This document shows, one piece after another, positions 54,420-62,831 of a stretch of DNA of 64,000 nt; the stretch's first letter is position 1, and each line of letters opens with the position of its first letter. Origin of the DNA: Pseudomonadota bacterium. GTDB lineage: Bacteria > Pseudomonadota > Gammaproteobacteria > Steroidobacterales > Steroidobacteraceae. Below the pieces are notes generated by a model that was not told where the DNA came from, did no database searches, and saw only the letters and a program-made list of their open reading frames with translations. The position numbers and the translations under genes were made by a program. Location of the stretch: contig CANGJP010000005.1 in the NCBI GenBank assembly GCA_947454465.1, positions 1,565 through 65,564 of the forward strand, in the 5' to 3' direction.

Positions 54420-54691
54420 AATTAACTCCGATTTTGGATTGGAAAGCCCTAACTAGAAATAGACGACGGTGATATGGGGCCACATGTCCCTTTACAAAGG
54501 GACTTAGTACTGTATGCGTTAGCAGCCATTCCAATGTCTCCTTTGATTTTCAGTTGGTTAGGTCTTTGTAGCACGCACTATCAGAAAACAGCAATTACGA
54601 CATTGGAGGGTTAATGGAAGAGTCCAACCTCGTACATTGGATCACAGGTAATGCAGGTTGGTGCTGAGTGAAATTCAGCCCGTCTATGGCG

Positions 54692-55285
54692 CTATTTGAA
54701 CTGCCATTTATTCGCCAACCTCACCAGCACCAGGTCTGAATAATTGCGTCGGCCAAGGCTGCCGTTATAGCGTGCTAACGCTCGTGCGTAGTCGCCTCGT
54801 TCAAGTTCAAGATAGTATTTGAGAATGGTGCAGCCCATGCGGATGTTATGGCTGATGTCGAGCAGTTGATGATTCTGCATGCCGAGCTGGCTTGGCCAAA
54901 ATGGCATGACTTGCATCAATCCCACTGCCCCTGCTGAGGACGTGGCCCAGCGGTTAAAGCGACTTTCTACATCGATCACTGCCATGACTAGACTGGGAGG
55001 CAGTTGTAGGCGTTTTGATTCGCACTGCACTTGTTCAAGTATCTGGCTGCGCTCATCCTCATTGGCGACCAGTGGTTTAAGTCTAGGTTCCATACTTGCA
55101 AACCAAACCGCGCGATCGTATTTGTCTTCAAAGCATTTGCCATCTGACAGGGCCTGTTTGAGAAGGGGTCCCAGGGCGAGGTCTTGTTGTTGATTGGCGT
55201 GGGCGTCAAGGCACCCCAGGATTAGGCTGGTGAGCAGGGCTAGGGTCAGGAGCGATTTAGGTGAAAAAATATTCATGTGCTGCAC
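54692..55285 (-). CDS. lytic transglycosylase (SLT domain), secreted
   Basis: Signal peptide. Catalytic region VMAVIDVESRFNRWATSSAGAVGLMQVMP. Confidence 0.88.
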   Translation of the reverse strand: MQHMNIFSPKSLLTLALLTSLILGCLDAHANQQQDLALGPLLKQALSDGKCFEDKYDRAVWFASMEPRLKPLVANEDERSQILEQVQCESKRLQLPPSLVMAVIDVESRFNRWATSSAGAVGLMQVMPFWPSQLGMQNHQLLDISHNIRMGCTILKYYLELERGDYARALARYNGSLGRRNYSDLVLVRLANKWQFK

Positions 55286-55460
55286 TACGGATGCGCCGTA
55301 AAATTGACCGAATATCAGGTTTGATGCTGTGAAGTGCTTCTCGTAAGTTGAGATCTAGAGTCCGATTTTCATCCGACTAACAACTGAAGGGGCAATCAGT
55401 CCTGCTATGATCCACCGCCCTGTTGGTTCAGGTGTTTCTAAAGCTACTGCAAGGTTATTC

Positions 55461-56240
55461 ATGAGTCTGGAACCGGAAATCCGTGAGATCGAAGATGAGG
55501 CTAAACCGGGGCGTGGAGTGTATCTATTGCCCAATCTGCTGACCACGGGAACCTTATTTTCTGGTTTTTACGCCATTGTGGCTGCGATTGATGGCAACTT
55601 CTCCCGCGCCGGCATGGCGGTCTTTGTGGCGATGTTGTTTGACGGTCTGGATGGCCGTGTGGCTCGTTGGACCAATACCCAAAGTGATTTCGGCAAGGAA
55701 TACGACAGTCTCTCTGACATGGTGGCATTCGGATTGGCACCGTCCATTGTGGTGTATCAATGGGGTGTGGAGCGTATTGCTGAATACGGCAAGCTGTGGG
55801 GTCGGATTGGCTGGTTGGCCGCTTTTTTCTATGCCGTGTGCGCCGCGTTGCGTTTAGCTCGTTTCAACGTGAAATCGGTCAGTGCGGATAAACGATATTT
55901 TGAGGGTTTGCCCAGTCCTTCTGCGGCGGCTTGTGTGGCTGGCTTTATTTGGGTGGCCAGTGAGTATGGTGTCGATGGCCTAACGGCACTGATGTTAGGT
56001 TTTATGGTGACAGCCACGATTGGTGCCTTAATGATCAGTCGCTTCGCCTATTGGAGTGGTAAGGACCTGAATATGCGGGGCAAGGTGCCCGTTGCCTATT
56101 TGGTGATTGTGCCTTTAGTTTATATTTTCATTTCCATGGGGCCACCTGAAACACTTCTGGCCACTTTCGGTGCGTATGCCTTGTCCGCACCGCTCTGGTG
56201 GATGTGGCGTCGGCTGCGTCGTAAACGTGCTGGGGTCTAA
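55461..56240 (+). CDS. pssA: CDP-diacylglycerol--serine O-phosphatidyltransferase
   Basis: CDP-alcohol phosphatidyltransferase motif DGLDGRVARWTNTQSDFGKEYDSLSD. Multiple TMs. ATG 55461 with AAGG SD (ORF-track start 55407). Confidence 0.9.
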   Translation: MSLEPEIREIEDEAKPGRGVYLLPNLLTTGTLFSGFYAIVAAIDGNFSRAGMAVFVAMLFDGLDGRVARWTNTQSDFGKEYDSLSDMVAFGLAPSIVVYQWGVERIAEYGKLWGRIGWLAAFFYAVCAALRLARFNVKSVSADKRYFEGLPSPSAAACVAGFIWVASEYGVDGLTALMLGFMVTATIGALMISRFAYWSGKDLNMRGKVPVAYLVIVPLVYIFISMGPPETLLATFGAYALSAPLWWMWRRLRRKRAGV

Positions 56241-56265
56241 TCGGTCCGCTAGGTTGTAGTCATTG

Positions 56266-56991
56266 ATGAACTCCCAGCATTTACATTACTTGAAAGCAAT
56301 GGACATTGATGTCTGGGTGCGCAAGGATCGCCCACAACAAGATGCGCCATTGGTTGCTGTAGATCACCAAGTTGCTGTTGTAGCGCAGCCGAACGATACG
56401 GCGCTGCAATTGCCGCCCGGATTATCTTGGGATCAACTGGCCAATACCGTACGTCATTGTGTTCACTGTGAACTTCATCAAACACGTAAGCAGACAGTGT
56501 TTGGTGTTGGTAATCTGCGTGCGGAATGGATGATTATTGGTGAAGCACCCGGTGCCGATGAAGACCTTCAAGGTGAACCTTTTGTCGGTCGGGCAGGGCA
56601 GCTACTGAATGCAATGCTGCAGGCCATGGGCTTTCCGCGTGAGCAGGTTTATATCGCTAATTTGCTTAAATGCCGGACGCCGCATAATCGTGATCCTAAG
56701 CCGGATGAAGTGGCACGCTGCGCTTCGTATTTAACTCGGCAAATCGAGATGATCAATCCTCGCATCATTTTGTGCTTAGGGGGTATTGCTGCACAGAACC
56801 TTTTAAACACGGATAGTGCGATCGGTCAATTACGTGGCCACGTACATTTTCTCGGGGAAAAACGCCGTCCAGTTGTGGTCACCTATCATCCGGCACATCT
56901 ATTGCGTAGCCCGAGTGACAAAACCAAGGCTTGGCAGGATTTGCAGCTTGCCTTGGCAACTTACGCACAGACCGAGCCAAAGCCCGCGTGA
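56266..56991 (+). CDS. uracil-DNA glycosylase, family 4
   Basis: GEAPGADEDLQGEPFVGRAGQLLN and HPAHLLRSP motifs, with ~60-aa N-terminal extension. Confidence 0.88.
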   Translation: MNSQHLHYLKAMDIDVWVRKDRPQQDAPLVAVDHQVAVVAQPNDTALQLPPGLSWDQLANTVRHCVHCELHQTRKQTVFGVGNLRAEWMIIGEAPGADEDLQGEPFVGRAGQLLNAMLQAMGFPREQVYIANLLKCRTPHNRDPKPDEVARCASYLTRQIEMINPRIILCLGGIAAQNLLNTDSAIGQLRGHVHFLGEKRRPVVVTYHPAHLLRSPSDKTKAWQDLQLALATYAQTEPKPA

Positions 56992-57497
56992 GTGAATCCA
57001 TCCCCGAGATGCTCAAGCAGCGGGTACGCGTGCGTGCCATGACCTTGGCAGACCTGCCCGAGGTGATTCAGATCGAGCGTGACGCTTATCCCTATCCTTG
57101 GAGTGAGGGCATCTTTAGGGATTGTGTTCGTGTGGGGTATTTTTGTCGTGTGCTCGAGTTTAGGGGTGTAGTCCAAGGATACGGCATCATGTCATTTGCG
57201 GCCGACGAAGCCCATTTACTGAATATTTGTGTGCATCCTGATTTACGTGATCAAGGGGTAGGTCGTCGCTTGTTGCAATACTTGCTTGAGCACGCTGTCA
57301 GCGTTGGGATGAGCTGCGCTTATTTAGAGGTTCGACCCTCTAATCCAGTGGCGATATACCTCTATGAGTCGATGGGCTTTGTCAGGGTCGGTATTCGTAA
57401 GGGTTATTATCAGGGCAGTCCGGCGCGTGAGGATGCTTGGGTTTATAAGCTTAATTTACCGTTTGAATTACCCCAACGTATCGATGAAACCGTTTGA
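56988..57497 (+). CDS. rimI: ribosomal-protein-alanine N-acetyltransferase
   Basis: GNAT core (AHLLNICVHPDLRDQGVGRRLLQYLL). GTGA overlap with the UDG stop at 56988-56991. ATG 57009 is an alternative start. Confidence 0.85.
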   Translation: MSESIPEMLKQRVRVRAMTLADLPEVIQIERDAYPYPWSEGIFRDCVRVGYFCRVLEFRGVVQGYGIMSFAADEAHLLNICVHPDLRDQGVGRRLLQYLLEHAVSVGMSCAYLEVRPSNPVAIYLYESMGFVRVGIRKGYYQGSPAREDAWVYKLNLPFELPQRIDETV

Positions 57498-57637
57498 GCC
57501 CATGCGCGGGGCTGACGTCATTGCTTAATCTCAGGTCTTAAAGAAGTCTTATGAAACAGGCTGTGTCTGCTGAATCGTAACTTTCAGTTCGCCTGATCCG
57601 TTACAATCGCCTTCTAATCAGGTTTAGCGTTCTGCCC

Positions 57638-59227
57638 ATGTCTGTGTTGCAAGAAGAAATCACCCGCCGTCGTACTTTTGCGATCATTTCCCATCCGGAT
57701 GCGGGTAAAACCACGCTGACTGAAAAGCTACTGTTATTCGGAGGCGCGATTCAGTTAGCGGGCACGGTCAAGGGCCGTAAGGCTGCACGTCATGCTACTT
57801 CCGATTGGATGGCGCTAGAGCAACAGCGTGGTATTTCGGTGACCTCATCCGTGATGCAGTTTCCTTATCGGGGACGCATGGTCAATCTACTAGATACCCC
57901 AGGTCACGAAGACTTCTCCGAAGACACCTACCGTACGTTGACGGCGGTAGACTCGGCATTGATGGTGATCGATTGTGCGAAGGGCGTGGAAGATCGAACT
58001 ATCAAGCTCATGGAAGTCTGTCGCCTTCGTGATACACCCATCATGACCTTCATCAATAAGCTGGATCGTGAAGGCCGTGAACCGATTGAGTTGCTGGATG
58101 AAATTGAGACTGTCCTGAAGATTAAGTGTGCTCCCATCACTTGGCCGATTGGTATGGGCCGCGAATTGCAGGGTGTATATCATTTGCTTGAAGATCGTAT
58201 CTACGTTTATCAGGCGGCTGATAAAGGGCGTGCCGGAACAACAGATGTGATTGATCATCTGGATAGTGCAGCCGCCAGTGAGTTTTTAGGGGCTCGTGCG
58301 CAGTCCTTTCGAGATGAAGTCGAGTTGGTGCGCGGTGCTACTCCTGCTTTTGTGCTCAGTGAATATCTGGCGGGTAGACAATCGCCGGTATTTTTCGGGT
58401 CGGCGATTAACAACTTTGGTATCACGGAATTATTGAATACATTCGTTGAGTTCGCGCCTGGTCCTTTGTCGCGACCGACCAACGGACGGGACGTGGTGGC
58501 TAGCGAAGAAAAGCTCAGTGGCTTTGTGTTTAAAATTCAAGCGAATATGGACCCGGGTCATCGCGATCGTATCGCGTTTATGCGTATTTGCTCGGGTAAA
58601 TACACTAAGGGCATGCGCTTGTTTCACGTGCGATTAAAGAAAGAAATGCGTATTAATGATGCATTGACCTTTCTGGCCGCAGATCGTCAGCATACCGAGG
58701 AAGCGTACGCGGGTGATATCTTAGGTCTGCATAATCATGGCACGATTAACATCGGCGATACCTTTACGGAAGGTGAGTCACTGATGTTCACCGGTATCCC
58801 TAACTTTGCGCCAGAGCTGTTTCGGCGTGTGGTGTTGCGTGATCCACTCAGAATGAAAGCCTTACAGAAAGGTCTTGATCAACTCTGCGAGGAGGGTGCG
58901 ACACAGCTATTTCGTCCATTGCGTAATAACGACCTTATCTTAGGTGCGGTCGGTCAATTGCAATTTGATGTAGTGGCCTTCCGGTTGCAGGATGAATATG
59001 GTGTGCAGTGCAGCTTCGACAACATTAACGTGTATACCGCTCGATGGGTGTACGGCGATGATAAGAAGTTGGAGGAGTTTCGAAATAAAGCCCATGACAA
59101 CTTGTCTGTAGATCATTCTGGTGCATTGGTGTACCTGGCGCCCACGCGCGTGAATCTTGGTCTGACTTTAGAACGTTGGCCTGAGCTTGGTTTTAAGGAA
59201 ACCCGCGAACATCTGGCGGGGGCGTAG
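57638..59227 (+). CDS. prfC: peptide chain release factor 3
   Basis: [35 protein letters not shown] GTPase motifs. 529 aa. Confidence 0.96.
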   Translation: MSVLQEEITRRRTFAIISHPDAGKTTLTEKLLLFGGAIQLAGTVKGRKAARHATSDWMALEQQRGISVTSSVMQFPYRGRMVNLLDTPGHEDFSEDTYRTLTAVDSALMVIDCAKGVEDRTIKLMEVCRLRDTPIMTFINKLDREGREPIELLDEIETVLKIKCAPITWPIGMGRELQGVYHLLEDRIYVYQAADKGRAGTTDVIDHLDSAAASEFLGARAQSFRDEVELVRGATPAFVLSEYLAGRQSPVFFGSAINNFGITELLNTFVEFAPGPLSRPTNGRDVVASEEKLSGFVFKIQANMDPGHRDRIAFMRICSGKYTKGMRLFHVRLKKEMRINDALTFLAADRQHTEEAYAGDILGLHNHGTINIGDTFTEGESLMFTGIPNFAPELFRRVVLRDPLRMKALQKGLDQLCEEGATQLFRPLRNNDLILGAVGQLQFDVVAFRLQDEYGVQCSFDNINVYTARWVYGDDKKLEEFRNKAHDNLSVDHSGALVYLAPTRVNLGLTLERWPELGFKETREHLAGA

Positions 59228-59299
59228 GATGATTGGGGCTGGCTGGGTTGAGCAATTCACGGCTTCCCAGCCAAGTAGGAAAGTAGCTACGGTATTCCC

Positions 59300-60565
59300 A
59301 TGAAACCAAGTGGCCGCATTTTCTCCACGCTGTGGCACAAACCCGTGTTGTATTGGGCGTTTTATGATTGGGCGAACTCTGCGTTCGCTACCACGATCAT
59401 GGCTGGATTTTTCCCGATTTTTTTTAAGCAATACTGGAGTGTGGGTGATCCTAGTCTGAGCACTTTTAGATTAGGCGTTGCCAATAGTGTCGCCAGTTTT
59501 ATCCTGGTTTTGTTAGCTCCGTTGCTAGGTGCAATGGGTGATCGTGGTCATTCACGGCTGCGTTTTTTATTGGGATTTACCGTTCTGGGTGTGGTGGGGA
59601 GTGCGGCTCTATATTGGGTACAGCAAGGTGCATGGCAATGGGCGGTTGTTTTTTATGTAGCAGCGTCTATCGGCTTTTGGGGTGGGCTTATTTTTTATGA
59701 CTCACTGTTGCTTGATGTGGCTTCACCTAAAAATTACGATTTAGTATCTGGCTTCGGATATGGCATGGGGTATTTGGGTGGCGGAATTTTATTCGCCATT
59801 AATGTATGGATGACGTTAAAACCGAGTGTTTTTGGTATTGCAGATTCGGCAAATGCTGTGAAAATATCATTCATGATGGTTGCCGTGTGGTGGAGTGTAT
59901 TCTCAATTCCACTGTTGTTTGGCGTAAAAGAAGTCAAGTCAGTAACTCCGCTGTCTATAGGGCGACTAATAACCAGTGCAGTGTGTGAATTGCTGAATAC
60001 CTTTCACCAGATTCGACGCTATCGTGCGTTATTAATTTTCCTACTGGCTTACTGGCTGTATATCGATGGCGTGAATACCGTGATTAAGATGGCCGTTGAC
60101 TATGGTTTATCCCTTGGTTTTTCCGCTTCAAGTCTTATCGTGGCATTACTATTGGTACAGTGCATTGGTTTTCCAGCAGCGATTCTGTTTGGTTGGCTAG
60201 GTAATCGCTACGGTGCCTTAGGCGGTATTTTGATTGGGATTACTGTGTATGTTTCGGTGACCATTTATGCGGTATTTATGCATGATGTGAGTGAATTTTA
60301 TTATTTGGCGATGGCCATTGGTCTTGTGCAGGGAGGCGTGCAAAGCTTGAGTCGCTCATGGTTCGGTGCGTTAGTACCGACAGAGCGTGCGGGTGAATTC
60401 TTTGGTTTTTATAACATGACTGGTAAATTCGCCTCCGTGCTCGGTCCTACTTTGATGGGGGTTACGGCGTTGTTGGTCGGAACTCGTTATTCGATGTTGT
60501 CTCTGATCGTGTTATTTGTTTCGGGAAGCGTTTTACTGGTTAAAGCCCATCATGCTGCGCAATAA
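59300..60565 (+). CDS. MFS transporter (UMF1-like)
   Basis: 421 aa, ~12 TM segments. N-terminus ...VLYWAFYDWANSAFATTI typical of the UMF1 subgroup as I recall it. Confidence 0.8.
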   Translation: MKPSGRIFSTLWHKPVLYWAFYDWANSAFATTIMAGFFPIFFKQYWSVGDPSLSTFRLGVANSVASFILVLLAPLLGAMGDRGHSRLRFLLGFTVLGVVGSAALYWVQQGAWQWAVVFYVAASIGFWGGLIFYDSLLLDVASPKNYDLVSGFGYGMGYLGGGILFAINVWMTLKPSVFGIADSANAVKISFMMVAVWWSVFSIPLLFGVKEVKSVTPLSIGRLITSAVCELLNTFHQIRRYRALLIFLLAYWLYIDGVNTVIKMAVDYGLSLGFSASSLIVALLLVQCIGFPAAILFGWLGNRYGALGGILIGITVYVSVTIYAVFMHDVSEFYYLAMAIGLVQGGVQSLSRSWFGALVPTERAGEFFGFYNMTGKFASVLGPTLMGVTALLVGTRYSMLSLIVLFVSGSVLLVKAHHAAQ

Positions 60566-60566
60566 C

Positions 60567-61400
60567 ATGATGTCTAGCAAGAATACCTTCAAGCCAGTAC
60601 TGTTAAGTGGTGCAGATGGGGCATCTGCTAAAGTGTATCCGTACGGCGCACATGTAACTAACTGTTGTACGGCAGATGGAATTGAACGTTTATTTTTAAG
60701 CGAACGTGCTGAGTTCAAGCATGGCATGGCAGTTCGTGGCGGCGTGCCAATTATTTTTCCGCAATTTGCAGATTTGGGTTCGTTGGCGAAACACGGACTG
60801 GCGCGTACAGCATGTTGGCAACAAGTCAGTGCTGCTGAGTGTGGGTTGTCCTCGGTTACATTTTGTTGGCAGGAGGATCGTCTCGGTCAAGAAATTTGGC
60901 CCCACTCCTTTGCTGCTGATTATCAGGTTGAGTTGGGTATTGACTCATTAAAATTGATATTGTCGATTTACAACGCTGGGAAGCAGTCGTTTTCGTTTAC
61001 TGCTGCACTCCATACCTATCTCCGTGTGGATGAGATTGCCCATGTCAGCGTCAGTGGTTTGCAGGGGATGCGCTATCGAGATAGTGCGCTAGGTGGTACT
61101 GCAGAGGTTGACTCGGATTCTGCCTTGGTTATTACGGGTGAACTGGATCGAATTTATTTTGGTACTACAAAACCGATACAAGTCATGCAAGTTAATCAGC
61201 GTACGGTTGAGTGCATTGCGGATGGTTTCAAAGATACTGTGATTTGGAATCCAGGTCCTGATAAATCAGCGGCACTGCCTGATATGCAATCAGAAGGCTT
61301 CAGACACATGTTATGTGTTGAAGCCGCTATGATTGAATCCCCTGTTAAGTTGTCACCCGGTATGACGTGGACGGGAAGTCAGTTACTGCAATTGCGATGA
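60567..61400 (+). CDS. D-hexose-6-phosphate mutarotase (aldose 1-epimerase family, YeaD-like)
   Basis: AVRGGVPIIFPQF, ALHTYLRV, VIWNPGP, CVEAA, collinear with E. coli YeaD. ATG 60567 lies just after the MFS stop. 60552 and 60570 are alternatives. Confidence 0.85.
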   Translation: MMSSKNTFKPVLLSGADGASAKVYPYGAHVTNCCTADGIERLFLSERAEFKHGMAVRGGVPIIFPQFADLGSLAKHGLARTACWQQVSAAECGLSSVTFCWQEDRLGQEIWPHSFAADYQVELGIDSLKLILSIYNAGKQSFSFTAALHTYLRVDEIAHVSVSGLQGMRYRDSALGGTAEVDSDSALVITGELDRIYFGTTKPIQVMQVNQRTVECIADGFKDTVIWNPGPDKSAALPDMQSEGFRHMLCVEAAMIESPVKLSPGMTWTGSQLLQLR

Positions 61401-61428
61401 GTAATGTCTTGTTTGTGGAGACTAAAGA

Positions 61429-62136
61429 TTAAAAGAAAAAAGTCAGTCCGACGCTGGTTTCAATGTTGTTGACCACCTTTCTTTCACCGAGCAGGCTGGT
61501 GTCATAAAGTGAGTCCCTCACATCAAGATGCGTGGCTAGTTGATTATTTAACAGCAGTCGATAACCAAAGCCACCGTTCATGGTGAATCGCTTGTCGCCA
61601 CCAAAGTGAGTGGCACCCGCGCCAAGCACAAAATAGAGTGCCGTGTTGTAGGTGCGATTTTCGCCAATAAAGACTTCACCTGGTAATGCATTCCATCCTA
61701 ATGAAAGTGCATAGTTGCGGTATTTACGTTGTGATTCGGTTAATAACTGAATGTTGAATAAGGTTTCTACATTCGATTGTCCTGCGCTAGTTTGTCCATA
61801 CGAGCCTTCGACAAAGAATGACTCTGAGATGTGATAAGCCAATCGTGCGCCTATAACCGGATGACTGCCGAAATCTTCGATATTGATGATTCCGCCATAC
61901 GCCCCCAGTTCAATATTATCTGAATCTATCTTAGGTGTTTTAATGGTGCGGCGTTCAACTTTGGGCTCAATTACCGGTTGCATCACGTCAGCGCCGATGG
62001 GACTGCTTGATCCAGTCACGATAGGCCGATTAACGGGAGTGGCTTCTGTAGCCTTATGGTTTCCCAGTAAGGCGCAGCCACTATTCAACATGGCTAACAA
62101 TGAGATCAGAAGAAAAAGGCTAAGCCGGTTTTCCAT
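61429..62136 (-). CDS. small outer-membrane beta-barrel protein (signal peptide with Cys)
   Basis: LLAMLNSGC signal peptide / possible lipobox. Alternating beta pattern. C-terminal OMP signature ...SVGLTFFF. Start overlaps the upstream gene by 31 nt. Confidence 0.75.
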   Translation of the reverse strand: MENRLSLFLLISLLAMLNSGCALLGNHKATEATPVNRPIVTGSSSPIGADVMQPVIEPKVERRTIKTPKIDSDNIELGAYGGIINIEDFGSHPVIGARLAYHISESFFVEGSYGQTSAGQSNVETLFNIQLLTESQRKYRNYALSLGWNALPGEVFIGENRTYNTALYFVLGAGATHFGGDKRFTMNGGFGYRLLLNNQLATHLDVRDSLYDTSLLGERKVVNNIETSVGLTFFF

Positions 62137-62831
62137 TCTGTAATTTCCTCTTTTTTATCAGAGCTGGTGTGGACGTGGTTATAGTGATACTCCGCCCGAG
62201 CGATAAGGCGGCTGTTGAGATAAAAGCGACCGCCTACACCGATAAAGCTAACAGCCTGGGTGTGTGCTTGTGCCTGATCTTGTATGGTAATGGGGTTAAT
62301 CCTCATGACTCCAGAGCCAATTGACGCGTAGGGGCTGAATCTTTTTGAGGGTGAAAAGGTATGAGTAATATCAATAGTGGCTAAATCCACGCTAGAAAAA
62401 TCACCCAATGCGTGATTGATCGTCAGTTGTGAAGAAAGATGCTCCGTTAATGCATAGCTACCACTGATTGAGAGTAGGCTGGCGCCATCAAAATTACCTA
62501 CCATCAGGCTGCCTTGATAACGGCTTCTGCTCAATTTATCTAGGGTTGGACCTTGTAGTTGAATGGCAGTGCCATCACTACTCAGTGTTCTTGAGAGTTG
62601 AGACTCGTTGACCCAACCCTCGCGTCCTTGGTGTTCTTTGACGAGATACCAACCGGTGCGTTCTTTAAGTATGTTGATTTTGTCGTCACGACTGACGACG
62701 AAAAATACCGGGTATCCAGTGCCGGGGCCAGTGTGCATCTCTATAAAGGCATCCTTGATGGTCACTTCAGTGGGTTGTGAAGCCAGAGATACGGTAGTGT
62801 AGCAAGCCAGTAAAATGAGCAGCAGGCGCAT
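62106..62831 (-). CDS. SH3b-domain + outer-membrane beta-barrel protein
   Basis: Signal peptide. SH3-like segment (GYPVFFVVSRDDKINILKERTGWYLVKEHQGREGWVNESQL). C-terminal barrel ending ...KTGLAFFF. The ATG shares one nt with the upstream stop (TAATG). Confidence 0.75.
   Translation of the reverse strand: MRLLLILLACYTTVSLASQPTEVTIKDAFIEMHTGPGTGYPVFFVVSRDDKINILKERTGWYLVKEHQGREGWVNESQLSRTLSSDGTAIQLQGPTLDKLSRSRYQGSLMVGNFDGASLLSISGSYALTEHLSSQLTINHALGDFSSVDLATIDITHTFSPSKRFSPYASIGSGVMRINPITIQDQAQAHTQAVSFIGVGGRFYLNSRLIARAEYHYNHVHTSSDKKEEITEWKTGLAFFF

Larger units (their letters stand above)
52067..54453 (-). mobile_element. integron-type gene cassette (R-M cargo) without a nearby integrase
   Basis: Bounded on the minus strand by G|TTAGGGCT (54454-54446) and by the attC ending G|TTGGGT (52067-52061). 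The 9-nt 5' boundary is the exact complement of the attC R'' end AGCCCTAAC. Hand counts of GC: 22/60 (52861-52920) and 18/60 (53761-53820) inside, versus 38/60 (51241-51300) and 36/60 (55561-55620) in the flanks. Confidence 0.6.
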
